A DNA stretch of 64,000 nucleotides from an uncultured Desulfobacter sp. (GCA_963665095.1 OY762069.1:1472001-1536000); one strand, 5' to 3'; shown: positions 20,149 to 30,500, counted from the first letter of the stretch. The notes: generated from the sequence alone by a model not told the origin. Numbers and translations: made by a program.

Positions 20149-20182
20149 AAAAAGCCCGGGCCGTGCATAAACAGGCCCGGGC
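20148..20182 (-). terminator. Intrinsic terminator between convergent panE and cooS
   Basis: GCCCGGGCC-N11-GGCCCGGGC stem with an A-run on its left (U-tract on the minus strand). Confidence 0.7.
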
Positions 20183-20202
20183 CGGTTAAATTTTCAACCG
20201 TA

Positions 20203-22164
20203 TCAGGCTGTCAGCTCCCGCCTGTCCGACATATCCACAAGCACGCGTTCCCTGGCCTTGTCAATGCCCAGTTGAGCGCGCTTTTTATCGATATGGGCAA
20301 TCATCAGGCGTGCAATCTCCTGGGGATCCACAGCCATCCCCCATTTTCCAAAACCAAACCCCTCCATCTGGTTGAACAGGTAATCGTGGTACCGGGTCTC
20401 CTGGACAATGGGAAATCCCACCCCAAACACCGTATAGACCCCGGAGGCAACAAAGTAGTGGCCAATGGCCAGCGCTTTTTCGCTCATCCACTCCGGTGCA
20501 CAGCCGGCCGCCGGAAGATCGGCGATACTGTTACCAAGGCCACCGGCTTTGACCATGGCCGTGGCAGCAATCAGAATGCGGGTGTTGTCCACACAGGAGC
20601 CAAGTCCGAGAACCGGGGGCATGCCCACGGTTTCGCAGACCTCTGCCAGGCCCGGGCCGGCCAGGGCTGCAGCTTCCGGCACCAGAAAGCCTGCCTTGGC
20701 AAGGGCAATTTGCGAACACCCTGTCTGGAGAACCAGAACGTCATTTTTGATCAGTTCCCTGACCACTTCCACGTGAACGGCATCCTGCTTCACTTTAGGA
20801 TTAGTACACCCCACAACCCCGGCAACGCCGCGGATTCTTCCGTTAATGATATTTTCATTCAAAGGCGAGTAGCTTCCCCTGAAACTTCCACCCAGCATAT
20901 ATTCAATGTATTCATGGGTAAACCCGTGAATGCCTGCTTTGCTCTGGGACGGAATCACCACGGGAACAGAACGGGTGCTGAACCGGGAGATGGCCCTTGC
21001 CAGAATTTCGTCCGTACATTTGCGCGGGTCTTTTTCTTCGAACTCCACATGGCTTGCCCCTTCAATCCGGCACCGCGGGTTGGTCGTGATCAAATGTGTA
21101 TCATAGGCCTTGGCAACGGTGGCAAGGCCCTGTTTGATGCATTGAATATCCACAACCATGGCATCAACGGCGCCAGTGACCAGAACCGCCTCCGTGGAAC
21201 TGAAATTACCGGCATGGGGAACGCCATGCCGGGACATCATCTCCGCACCTGAGCAGCACATCCCCACAAGATTAATGCCGGCAGCGCCTTTTTGTGTTGC
21301 CTGGTCTATGAAAAACGGATCATTGACCCCGGCAAGAATGGCTTCGAACATGGCCGGTTCATGTCCGTGAACAATAATGTTGACATGGTCTTTTTTCAAT
21401 ACCCCCATGTTTACCTCGGCCTGGATGGGAACCGGGGTGCCGAACATAATGTCAGACAACTCGGTGGCCACCATGGAACCGCCCCACCCGTCCGCTAACG
21501 CAGTCCTTGTAATCTGTTTGGTCAGGTTCCCGTACTCCTGGTCACATCCAATATGGGTCCGGCTCATCATCTCCATGATCTCCCGCATGGATCCCCTTGG
21601 CACAACCCCGTGCTTTCTCCAGGTGTTCAATGTCTCTTCCGGGGCTAACCGTGTTAAAGGCATCTCACCATCAGTAGCAGTAAACGTCTTCTCAAGTTCA
21701 TCGCAAAGATCCCTGCCAACCTCTTCAATTGTCCGGTCCCGGACCTCAACGCCCAAAGAGGTAGCAAGAGTCTCAAGTTTTCGGACATCCTTTATGCCGA
21801 AGTCAAGCACGTTATCTTCCACCACCTCTCTAAACAGTTTAAGGATATGCATGCCATGGTCATTATGGGAGGCACATCCAGAGGCAACCATCCTGCCAAA
21901 ATTTCTGGCCATGATGGTATCAATGGTGGCACCGCAAATACCAACCTTTTTATAAGGATCCTTGGGATTCAACCGGCAGGGCCCCATAAAGCAGTGCTTG
22001 CAGCAGGCAGAATCAGCCCCGATGGGACAGGCCTTCATCTCCTGCCCTCTGTCCAAGGCAATAGACACATTGTCCTGCCTTGCTTTTTCAAGCATCTGGG
22101 CGGTTGCATCGCAAGTCGTCAGATCCGATGGCGCCGCTTGAACTTTTTGGTTTGTTTTTTCCAT
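20203..22164 (-). CDS. cooS: Anaerobic Ni,Fe carbon monoxide dehydrogenase catalytic subunit
   Basis: CPIGADSACCKHCFMGPC D/B-cluster ligands; C-cluster motifs HGH, GMCC, DIQC, GCTN, TGC, GSCVD; EWMSEKA; RBS AGGAGG. Confidence 0.95.
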   Translation of the reverse strand: MEKTNQKVQAAPSDLTTCDATAQMLEKARQDNVSIALDRGQEMKACPIGADSACCKHCFMGPCRLNPKDPYKKVGICGATIDTIMARNFGRMVASGCASHNDHGMHILKLFREVVEDNVLDFGIKDVRKLETLATSLGVEVRDRTIEEVGRDLCDELEKTFTATDGEMPLTRLAPEETLNTWRKHGVVPRGSMREIMEMMSRTHIGCDQEYGNLTKQITRTALADGWGGSMVATELSDIMFGTPVPIQAEVNMGVLKKDHVNIIVHGHEPAMFEAILAGVNDPFFIDQATQKGAAGINLVGMCCSGAEMMSRHGVPHAGNFSSTEAVLVTGAVDAMVVDIQCIKQGLATVAKAYDTHLITTNPRCRIEGASHVEFEEKDPRKCTDEILARAISRFSTRSVPVVIPSQSKAGIHGFTHEYIEYMLGGSFRGSYSPLNENIINGRIRGVAGVVGCTNPKVKQDAVHVEVVRELIKNDVLVLQTGCSQIALAKAGFLVPEAAALAGPGLAEVCETVGMPPVLGLGSCVDNTRILIAATAMVKAGGLGNSIADLPAAGCAPEWMSEKALAIGHYFVASGVYTVFGVGFPIVQETRYHDYLFNQMEGFGFGKWGMAVDPQEIARLMIAHIDKKRAQLGIDKARERVLVDMSDRRELTA

Positions 22165-22325
22165 GAATTCCTCCTGTGTTAAGTCAGGGCGAAGGCTTTG
22201 GGGTATGCCGACACCTGTTGGGGTTCCCCTAATTCAATGAGCCCTTCCACTGAAGAAGACACTTGTATACAGCTGTTTTATTCATATTAGGTTTTCAGTG
22301 GGAGGGTCTTCAGGAAAAATTTCAT

Positions 22326-22340
22326 TCAAGCCATATGCCA
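22326..22340 (-). promoter_or_regulatory. Candidate sigma-54 promoter for cooS
   Basis: Minus strand TGGCATATGGCTTGA = GG-N10-GA (TTGA variant of the -12 box), about 160 bp upstream of cooS. Confidence 0.5.
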
Positions 22341-22645
22341 CAATGTGTCACACAGACCCTTTTATGGAAAAAAATTGAAGACAACATAACGATTAATGTT
22401 TACGCTCAGACATGAAAAGGTATTTGATTATTGTGGGTTACGAAATATGGATAACAAGACTGGCCTCATCCTGGATCATAAGATTTTCTTTTTAAAATAC
22501 CGCATAAGGAAAAGGCACTGGTGTCTCAAAGGCAAAATTTAATACAATTACGTATCTCTTCCATTTAAACGATACAATTATCAACGATACGGATGTGTAT
22601 CATTTAACACCCGGTCAACAGTTTTAAAATCACTTAATTTGATGG

Positions 22646-23302
22646 TCATCGACCCAGCTGCCAGTCTGTCTCTCCGGTGCGGGCATCATCAATACCCTTT
22701 GCCACCATTTTTTCCAGTGCTTCATAGGGCCTTGCACCGACCAGCCGCCGGGCACCCATGATAAAGGTCGGGGCAGCCACAAGTTCCAGTTTTCCTGCCG
22801 CCTCCCAATCCAGATCCACGCGACCGGCGTAGGTTCGAAGGTCGATGACCCTCTCCCCTTGTTCCATATCCAGTCCGGCAGCAGCCATCAGGTCCATGAC
22901 CACCTCGTTTTTCGCGATATTGCGCCCTTCAACGAAATACGCCTTAAAAGCTTTATCCTGGAACAAGGCGCCTTTACCGCAATCCTGTGCCCAGAGCCCT
23001 GCTTCCTGGGCCAGACGGGAATTGTAAACCATCTTACCGTCACCAAAGGGCAAACCAAATTTTTGAGCCGTAGCTTTAAGGCTTGCGGTTACCTGCTCTG
23101 CTGTGACCAGAAGGCCTTTTTTTTCAAGGACCTCGACCATTGAAAGACCCTGGTCCGGGACATCCGTTTGCAAAGGATAAGCCCGCCACTTTACCTGGAC
23201 ATCAAACTTTTCTTTTATTTTCTCAATACTCCCGGCACTGAAGTAGCACCAGGGTCAGATATAGTCTGAAAAAATTTCCAGACACAGGGGAGATGAAACC
23301 AT
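22646..23302 (-). CDS. DsbA/FrnE-family thiol oxidoreductase selenoprotein (UxxC), 218 aa
   Basis: ATG 23302 reads MVSSPLCLEIFSDYI-TGA-PWCYF and continues in frame into ORF 22646..23173. TGA (23257-23255) sits at the first Cys of the DxxCPWCY motif; SECIS-like hairpin just downstream; cis-Pro loop APTF. Confidence 0.9.
23223..23241 (-). promoter_or_regulatory. Bacterial SECIS-like hairpin
   Basis: Minus strand UCAGUGC-CGGGA-GUAUUGA 7-bp stem with a G-rich loop, starting 13 nt 3' of the in-frame UGA. Confidence 0.7.
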
Positions 23303-23347
23303 ATTTTTCTCTTCTTAATTATTCTCTTATTTTAAATGTGGGTGGTT

Positions 23348-25090
23348 TCAGGCAGATTGAAGTTTTCGATACAAAGTGGGAAGACTGATGCCCAACTCCT
23401 TTGCCGCTTCCTTTTTGCCCTGGACCGTATTCGGATGGTTGGCCAGTGCCTCTTGTATCACCTGATACTCAAAATTTTTAAGCCGGGCTGTCAATGTTGT
23501 CTCTGATACCCGGGGCCTGGCTGAGACAATGGCCGGCGGCAGACTTTCGGGCAGTATCCGGTCTGTTTTTTCCATATTCACGGCATATTCGATGGCATTT
23601 TGAAGCTCCCGGGCATTGCCCGGCCAGGCATAGCTGATAAGAATCAGGCCGGCCCCTTTTGAAAACCCTTGAAGCCCCCTGCCAGTTTCCCTGTTGTACT
23701 TGTTCAGGAAATGGCGGGATAATACCGGAATATCTTCTTTTCTATCACGCAGAGGGGGAATGGTCAGCGGCATCACGTTCAACCTGAAGAACAGATCTTC
23801 TCTGAACAGCCCCTGTTTCTGCATGGTATTTAGATCCCGGTTTGTGGCGGCAATCACCCGGACATCCACAGTAATGGGATTGACCCCGCCGACCCGCTCA
23901 ACCGTCTTGTCCTGGAGAACCCGCAGAAGTTTGGCCTGCATGTGCAGCGGCATATCCCCGATTTCATCCAGAAAAATAGTGCCGCCGGCGGCAATTTCAA
24001 ATTTCCCCGGTCTTCCGCCCTTCCTGGCCCCTGAAAAGGCCCCGTCCTCATACCCGAACAGTTCACTTTCAAGCAGGGTTTCAGGGATGGCCGCACAGTT
24101 TATGGTAATAAAGGGAAAAGGGCTTCTTTTGCCAGCACTGTGAATGGCCCGGGCAAACAGCTCCTTTCCTGTGCCGCTCTCCCCTAAAATCAATACCGTG
24201 GAGTCGGTTCCAGCCAGTTTGGCCGCATATTTCTTTTGTTCGAGCATGGTGGGACTGGTGCCGTGGATGTCGTCCGGGGTCGTCTCCACCTGTCTTTCAG
24301 AGTACTCATATACCACAGAGTGCATTTTTTTTATGTTCTCAATGGAAATTACGGCACTGACCACGTTTTCATCCATCATCACAGGCTGGCCGGACAAAAG
24401 GCACTGGGCGGACGGGTTGAGCAAAGGGGTGGAGGCCATGCGCACCAAGGGTTCCCCTTTAAAAATTGGGGAAAAATCGGTTGTGGGAAGATAATTTTTC
24501 AAAGGAGTTTTCGCATAGGTGCCGGGCAGGCGTAAAGTCTCCATGGCATGCTGGTTGGCCTGGCGGATGGCACCATCCGGATCAACGATAATAATACCTG
24601 TATCCATGAAGTTGATAACCGCATCATACTGGTTTTTCATAATCTGCTCCTGGGCCAGGAGACGAACCAGCCGGATTTCGCTGGAGACCAGACTGGCCAT
24701 CTCTCCAAGAAAATCAAGAAGGGCTGCTGTATTGCCCAAAAGCCGGTCCTTCTGGGCCTGGGTATAGGCCACCATCACAATGATGCCGATGATTTCATTG
24801 TTATACTCAATGGTCCGGACAATCTCTGCGGTTTCCGGACAGTTCCCCTGATGAGGGCACCCCTGGCACAGTTCGTTGAAACCAGGGTTTGACAGGATCA
24901 CCACCTTTTTTTTAATGGCGCCTTTGACAAAATCGTGATTTACCCTGATGCCGCGTTTTTCAAGAAAGGTCCGGCTTGTGGCCACCAAGTTAAAGGCCTC
25001 ATCAATAAAGGCCACATCCATTTCCATGGCAGAGGCAATGGCGTCCACCACACACTGGGCCGTTTCTCTGATTTGTTCAAGCTTTGTCAT
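23348..25090 (-). CDS. Sigma-54-dependent transcriptional activator (sensor-PAS-AAA+-HTH)
   Basis: GESGTGKE, ESELFG..GAFSGA, FLDEIG, WPGNAREL, C-terminal LGISLPTLYRK HTH. Confidence 0.95.
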   Translation of the reverse strand: MTKLEQIRETAQCVVDAIASAMEMDVAFIDEAFNLVATSRTFLEKRGIRVNHDFVKGAIKKKVVILSNPGFNELCQGCPHQGNCPETAEIVRTIEYNNEIIGIIVMVAYTQAQKDRLLGNTAALLDFLGEMASLVSSEIRLVRLLAQEQIMKNQYDAVINFMDTGIIIVDPDGAIRQANQHAMETLRLPGTYAKTPLKNYLPTTDFSPIFKGEPLVRMASTPLLNPSAQCLLSGQPVMMDENVVSAVISIENIKKMHSVVYEYSERQVETTPDDIHGTSPTMLEQKKYAAKLAGTDSTVLILGESGTGKELFARAIHSAGKRSPFPFITINCAAIPETLLESELFGYEDGAFSGARKGGRPGKFEIAAGGTIFLDEIGDMPLHMQAKLLRVLQDKTVERVGGVNPITVDVRVIAATNRDLNTMQKQGLFREDLFFRLNVMPLTIPPLRDRKEDIPVLSRHFLNKYNRETGRGLQGFSKGAGLILISYAWPGNARELQNAIEYAVNMEKTDRILPESLPPAIVSARPRVSETTLTARLKNFEYQVIQEALANHPNTVQGKKEAAKELGISLPTLYRKLQSA

Positions 25091-25466
25091 GGTCCGGTCA
25101 TATATTATAGGGTCTTTAGTATTTCAGATTTCCTTCATGTGGCGCCGACCTTATCATATTCAAGAAATTTTAACAACTTACTATTTATAAATGAGAAACA
25201 CTGCTTGAATCAATGTTTCTCAGACGTTTAAAGCTCCTAATACCCAATTGAGTCCTTTAAATTTATTAAAATTGATAAAAAGTGGTTTTTCCTTTGCGTG
25301 GATATTGCGAACCACTTGATCAAATCTACTATTAATAATCACCTAACTATAAAACCGGTCATTGCACCTGGGACCAATTTTATGTAATGGTATTATTTTG
25401 CGGACCTTTTTGGCAAAACACATAAGAGACATGCAATATTATTGAAATCGAGAAGGAGTCCATACC

Positions 25467-26717
25467 ATGTCCACCCAGTCTTATCTTGCCACGGATGATC
25501 CTGAACTTGCCTGGCTGGTCCAGGCTGAAGAATCCAGACTTGAAAACACCTTAAACCTGATAGCCGCCGAGAGCCACTGTCCGCATTCCATTTACGAGGT
25601 CATGGGATCGGTTCTAAACACCAAGACCATTGAAGGATACCCTGGAAACAGGTTTCATGCCGGGTGCGTCAATGCAGACCGGATTGAAGAGATCGCCGTT
25701 GAACGGGCAAAAAAACTGTTTGGTGCGGAATATGCCAATGTACAGCCACATTCAGGAAGCAGCGCGAACATTGCTGTTTACTTCTCAGTCCTCAAGGTCG
25801 GGGATAAGATTCTGTCCATGAGTCTGCCCCACGGGGGACATCTCTCCCACGGACATAAAGCATCCATGACCAGCAAGTGTTTTGATTTTGCCCACTACCG
25901 GGTCAATCCGGAAACCGAACGTATTGATTACGACCGGGTGCGGGAGACCGCCCTTGAGTTCAAACCCAGAATGGTAGTGGCCGGTGCCAGTTCCTACCCC
26001 CGCCTTATTGATTATAAAACCATGGCCGAAATCGCCAGGGAGGTGAATGCCTATCTCATGGTGGACATGGCCCATCTTGGCGGCCTTGTTGCCGGCAAGG
26101 CAATTCCAAGCCCTGTGCCCCATGCTGATTTTGTGACCTTCACCTGTTACAAAACCATGGCGGGCGGCAGAGGCGGCGTGATCCTGTGCAAAGAGAAATA
26201 TGCCCAAACTATCAACCACGGGGTTTTCCCCGGATGCCAGGGCACCAGTGCCGTGAACCTTATTGCCGCAAAGGCATTGATTTTCAAACTAGCTGAAAAA
26301 CAGTCCTTTATTGATTTGCAGAAAACCACACTGGAAAACGCCAGGGCTTTGAGCAAGGCTTTCCGGGATCTTGGCTACCGGATTGTTACCGGCGGAACAG
26401 ACAACCACCAGGTAGTCATGGACGTAAGCGGCAAGGGCATCACAGGCAAAGAGGCTGAAGACCGCCTGGAAGCCGCAGGCATCATCATGAACCGCAACGT
26501 GGTGCCCTCCGATGAAAACAGCCCGGGCAAAGTCAGCGGCATCCGCCTTGGCACCAGCGCTCTGGCAGCAAGAGGCATGGGGCCGGACAAAATGGCGGAA
26601 ATCGCCGTACTCATGGATACAGCCATGATGAAGTCGCACCTGAATGATGCCATGAAAAAGGTCAAAGCTGAAGTGCTCCAGCTGTGCCAAACCTTTCCTT
26701 TAAAAAAAGAATTTTAA
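25467..26717 (+). CDS. glyA: Serine hydroxymethyltransferase-family PLP enzyme (divergent)
   Basis: LNLIAAE, EGYPG, NVQPHSGS, GGHLSHG, DMAH, GGTDNH, SGIRLGT; the PLP-lysine motif is atypical (TFTCYKT). Confidence 0.85.
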   Translation: MSTQSYLATDDPELAWLVQAEESRLENTLNLIAAESHCPHSIYEVMGSVLNTKTIEGYPGNRFHAGCVNADRIEEIAVERAKKLFGAEYANVQPHSGSSANIAVYFSVLKVGDKILSMSLPHGGHLSHGHKASMTSKCFDFAHYRVNPETERIDYDRVRETALEFKPRMVVAGASSYPRLIDYKTMAEIAREVNAYLMVDMAHLGGLVAGKAIPSPVPHADFVTFTCYKTMAGGRGGVILCKEKYAQTINHGVFPGCQGTSAVNLIAAKALIFKLAEKQSFIDLQKTTLENARALSKAFRDLGYRIVTGGTDNHQVVMDVSGKGITGKEAEDRLEAAGIIMNRNVVPSDENSPGKVSGIRLGTSALAARGMGPDKMAEIAVLMDTAMMKSHLNDAMKKVKAEVLQLCQTFPLKKEF

Positions 26718-26958
26718 CCGGATTACTCCAATTGGCTTGTGACGTCCTTTTTCAGGCCGTCGCTAGCCAATTTTTCAAATTCTTTAAAAAAAGGTTTTCC
26801 CAGAACGCTACCCACCCAACCTGCAAGGCTATAATCATCTGCCCTACCCCTTTATCCTCCAGTGTAAATAAAAATCCATATTGACTACACCCGTGAATTG
26901 TTTTAGCCATTGAAAGTAAAAAGACAGCACCACCATCGTTAACCAGACCGGCTGAGCC

Positions 26959-27561
26959 ATGGACCAGGAAAAGCACACATTTGCCTTAACCGCCTTAAAT
27001 CATTATGGAAATATTCCCCGTCATCAGTGGGATGAACTCACTGCGTTCATTAAAGAATCCGTCTTGAAAAAAAACGACTATTTTGTGATGCAGGGAACCC
27101 GGCCAAAACAGATGGCAATTATTGTTTCCGGTATTCTTCGGGTTTTTTGTGTCACGGACTCCGGCGAAGAAAAGACGCTGTCATTTCGAACCAAGGGACA
27201 ACTTGTAGCAGCGTTTACACCCTTTCTTGAAAATAAAGAGTCCTGGTATTCCATTGAGGCACTGACAGACTGCTGCCTGCTGCATTACCCCATACAAGAC
27301 TTTCATCGGCTGATGGCTGCCCACACCTGCTGGCGGGAACTGTATCTGAACTATATTGTGCGTCTTTATACGGAAAAAGAGGACCGGGAGCGCTCCTTTC
27401 TCATGGAAGATGCCAAAACGCGCTACCTGCAATTCAGACAAAAGCATCCTGAAATTGAAAAAGAGATCCACCAATTCCACATCGCCTCATTCCTAGGCAT
27501 TTCTCCGGTCTCCTTAAGCCGGATCCGGGCCGCCTTAAAAAAATCCGATCAATTAACATAG
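26959..27561 (+). CDS. Crp/Fnr-family transcriptional regulator
   Basis: cNMP-binding-like N-terminus and IASFLGISPVSLSRIR HTH. Confidence 0.9.
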   Translation: MDQEKHTFALTALNHYGNIPRHQWDELTAFIKESVLKKNDYFVMQGTRPKQMAIIVSGILRVFCVTDSGEEKTLSFRTKGQLVAAFTPFLENKESWYSIEALTDCCLLHYPIQDFHRLMAAHTCWRELYLNYIVRLYTEKEDRERSFLMEDAKTRYLQFRQKHPEIEKEIHQFHIASFLGISPVSLSRIRAALKKSDQLT

Positions 27562-27710
27562 GTTAATTACATCCCCTTCTTATCCGCACATTATATTTCC
27601 TGACCAAACCCTAACGAACCATGAAGTGACACCGGCAGCACCATACCGCCATCTTATACCGACAGCGGGCGGCCTATCTTCCAACCAGTTACGTGTTGAG
27701 CAGGAGAGAT

Positions 27711-28688
27711 ATGAAAAAAGCGTTTATCACAGGGGCCACCGGATTCATCGGGCTGAATCTGATTGAGCTTCTTTTACAGGATCAATGGGAGGTCACAGCC
27801 TTACATCTTCCTGGCGAAGATCTGACCTATCTGTCCCGCTACCAGGTGAGCCTGGCACCGGGCAACATCCTGGACTATCCCTCACTTCAGGCCGCCTTAA
27901 GTGAAGATCACGACGTGGTCTTTCATCTGGCCGGGGATACCACTACCTGGAAAAAACATGCGGATCGGCAGTTCGACATCAATGTCAACGGTACCATCAA
28001 CATGTGCAAAGCAGCCCATGAAAAAAAAGTGTCCCGCTTTGTGCTGACCTCATCAAGCTCGGCCTACGGCATTCACAAGGAAAGGCTTTCGGAATCCACT
28101 GTGTCCAATGCCCTTGAAACAGGTATCAGCTACCATAAAACCAAATACCTGTCCGAGGTGGAACTTAAAAAATTTGTGGATAACGGCCTTGATGCGGTGA
28201 TCGTGAACCCCTGCAACCTGATCGGGCCCTATGATGTCAGAAACTGGTCCCAGCTGATCATCAATGTCTGTAAGGGCAAGATGCCGGGATATCCGCCCGG
28301 AGGTGGGACCTTTGCCCATGTCAGGGACATTGCAAAGGCCCACATGGCAGCCGCAGAAAAGGGCAAAACCGGAGAGAACTACCTTTTAGGCGGCATCGAA
28401 GCCCCCTTCAAAGCAGTCATTGATGACATTTTAAGGATAACGGGCAGTCCCCTGTCTTTAAAACCGATTTCAAAGACCAAGTTGCGGCTGGCCATGGGAC
28501 TATCCTCAGTCCAGGCGGCATTTAGCGGAAAGGAGCCGCTGCTCACCTATCCCAAATACCGACGGCTTGTGGAAACATTGCGATGCGACAGTTCAAAGGC
28601 GAAACAGGCGCTCGGATTCAGCACCACCCCCATCCCTGTGATGATAACGGACTGTTACCAGTGGCTTAAAGCTGAAAATTTTGTATGA
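27711..28688 (+). CDS. NAD-dependent epimerase/dehydratase (extended SDR, dihydroflavonol-reductase-like)
   Basis: TGATGFIG, FHLAG, TSS, YHKTK, HVRDIA; RBS AGGAG. Confidence 0.9.
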   Translation: MKKAFITGATGFIGLNLIELLLQDQWEVTALHLPGEDLTYLSRYQVSLAPGNILDYPSLQAALSEDHDVVFHLAGDTTTWKKHADRQFDINVNGTINMCKAAHEKKVSRFVLTSSSSAYGIHKERLSESTVSNALETGISYHKTKYLSEVELKKFVDNGLDAVIVNPCNLIGPYDVRNWSQLIINVCKGKMPGYPPGGGTFAHVRDIAKAHMAAAEKGKTGENYLLGGIEAPFKAVIDDILRITGSPLSLKPISKTKLRLAMGLSSVQAAFSGKEPLLTYPKYRRLVETLRCDSSKAKQALGFSTTPIPVMITDCYQWLKAENFV

Positions 28689-28737
28689 CGAAGTCTACCC
28701 CCATCACCCATAAACAATCAAACAGTGGAGAAACATC

Positions 28738-30444
28738 ATGAACGACACCCAGCAAGCAGTAAAAGTTGAAGGATGGCAGCTGATCAGTGATGCCTTAATC
28801 AAGGCGGGCGTTGAATATGTATTCGGACTGCCCGGAGAGAGCATCAGCCCGGTCCAGCGGGCCATTGAAGAGACGCCTATTAAAATTATCACCACCCGGC
28901 ATGAACAGGCCGCCACCTTCATGGCCGAAGCCTATGCAAAAATCACCCGCAAGACAGGGGTGGTGCTCGTGACCGTCGGGCCTGGCTTTACCAACACCAT
29001 TTCAGCCATGGTCACAGCCCAGCTCTACAATACCCCGCTGGTCCTGATTGCCGGCGGCCAGGGTCCCAACGCCTATGACAAATTAGGGCTGCAGGACATG
29101 CGCCAGGAGCCCATTATTGAATCCATTGTCAAACAAAGCTTTATCTGCCGGACGGCCCAACGCATTCCCGAATACATTGACATGGCGTTCAGGTGTGCTT
29201 CCCAGGGGCGCCCGGGGCCGGTGTTTTTAGAGCTGCCCATCAACGCCCTTGACGCGGAAGTGGCTGTGGAGACAGTTCCTGTGCCGTGTACCCGCAGCAA
29301 ATCCAGACCCTTTGACAAGGCGGATGCCAAAGCCATTATTGAAATGATCGCAGACAGCACAAAACCCGTCATTGTTGCAGGATCAGGCGCCCATTACTCA
29401 GATGCAGGCCAAGAGATCACCCAGTTGGCAGAACTGACAGGGATTCCGGTTTTCACGGCAAAGGCGGGCCGGGGCGTGGTGTCCGACACCCACCCCTTAT
29501 GCTTTGGCAATGGTTTGGGCATTGTCCCGGGCTGTGCCATGCCGGCGGCCATGGAAGCGGATCTGGTTCTTCTTCTGGGCACCCGGGTCTGTTTGTTCAT
29601 GGCCAACGGAAAGCTTTACAATCCAGCCGCCAAAATTATCCAGGTGGATATTGAACCAGAAGAGATCGGCCGCAACAAACAGATTGACCTGCCCGTATTC
29701 GGCGATGTGAAAGCCCTGGTGGCTGAATGCGTTGCCCAGATCACAGAAGATAAAAAAAATGAGGCCTTAAAAGCCAAATTCTCTGAATGGGTGGCCCATC
29801 TTGATACCCTGCATGAATCAGGCAAAGCCGTGAACCTGGAGACGATCCCAAAGGAAGGCAAATTCATCCATCCGGGATTTCTGGCCAACACGGTAAATGA
29901 GTTCATGAATCGTGAAGATGATGTGGTGGCAGCCGACGGCGGAGAGGCCCAGATCTGGATCTCGGTGGCAAGGACCTGCCTGCGCCCCTCAAACATTCTT
30001 GATCCAGGACTTTTCGGCTGCCTTGGCACAGGCATTCCCTACGCCATAGCCGCAAAGATCATCAACCCCAACCGCAGGGTCATGGTCTATATCGGGGACG
30101 GCTCCATGGGGTTCAACTTCATGGAGATCGAAACCTCCATCCGCATGGGGCTTCCCATCGTGATCCTCATCGACAACAACCGCAAGTGGGGCATGACCTC
30201 CAACAGTATGCAGATGCGGTTCAAGCACTACGTCCCCGGCACGGTGGAGCTGGGTAATCCCCCCTATCACGAGCTGGTGGAACGCCTGGGCGGAAAAGGT
30301 ATTCTGGTGGAGAAACCAGACCAGATCGTACCTGCCCTGGAAGAGGCGTTCAACGCAAGCGTTACCACCTGCATCAATGTAATGACCGATCCGGATATCA
30401 TCGGCCCCGGCACCCTGGCATTTGAGCTGTTGAAAGACCTTTAG
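28738..30444 (+). CDS. ThDP-dependent enzyme (acetolactate-synthase-like / 2-hydroxyacyl-CoA lyase family)
   Basis: RHEQAA catalytic Glu, GPGFTN, GRPGPV, GDGS...NN ThDP motif, PGLFGCLG. Confidence 0.85.
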   Translation: MNDTQQAVKVEGWQLISDALIKAGVEYVFGLPGESISPVQRAIEETPIKIITTRHEQAATFMAEAYAKITRKTGVVLVTVGPGFTNTISAMVTAQLYNTPLVLIAGGQGPNAYDKLGLQDMRQEPIIESIVKQSFICRTAQRIPEYIDMAFRCASQGRPGPVFLELPINALDAEVAVETVPVPCTRSKSRPFDKADAKAIIEMIADSTKPVIVAGSGAHYSDAGQEITQLAELTGIPVFTAKAGRGVVSDTHPLCFGNGLGIVPGCAMPAAMEADLVLLLGTRVCLFMANGKLYNPAAKIIQVDIEPEEIGRNKQIDLPVFGDVKALVAECVAQITEDKKNEALKAKFSEWVAHLDTLHESGKAVNLETIPKEGKFIHPGFLANTVNEFMNREDDVVAADGGEAQIWISVARTCLRPSNILDPGLFGCLGTGIPYAIAAKIINPNRRVMVYIGDGSMGFNFMEIETSIRMGLPIVILIDNNRKWGMTSNSMQMRFKHYVPGTVELGNPPYHELVERLGGKGILVEKPDQIVPALEEAFNASVTTCINVMTDPDIIGPGTLAFELLKDL

Positions 30445-30474
30445 GCCCTAAGTTGAATTAAAATCCGTCATTAA

Positions 30475-30500
30475 GTGCCCGTCTGCAGATGGACGGGCAC
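30475..30500 (+). terminator. Stem-loop after the ThDP enzyme gene
   Basis: GTGCCCGTC-N8-GACGGGCAC; lacks a U-tract. Confidence 0.4.

Noticed and set aside
20272..21252. 326-aa plus-strand ORF
   Set aside because: Antisense shadow of cooS with no protein-like motifs; the same applies to the many short ORFs nested in or antisense to the called genes.
22198..22213. CooA-like site (TGTCGGC half) upstream of cooS
   Set aside because: Only one half-site matches, and it lies downstream of the candidate promoter.
25388..25402. Sigma-54 promoter for glyA (TGGTATTATTTTGC)
   Set aside because: Spacing is GG-N9-GC, one base short of the strict N10; valid only if a T is missing from the T-run, which reads could test.
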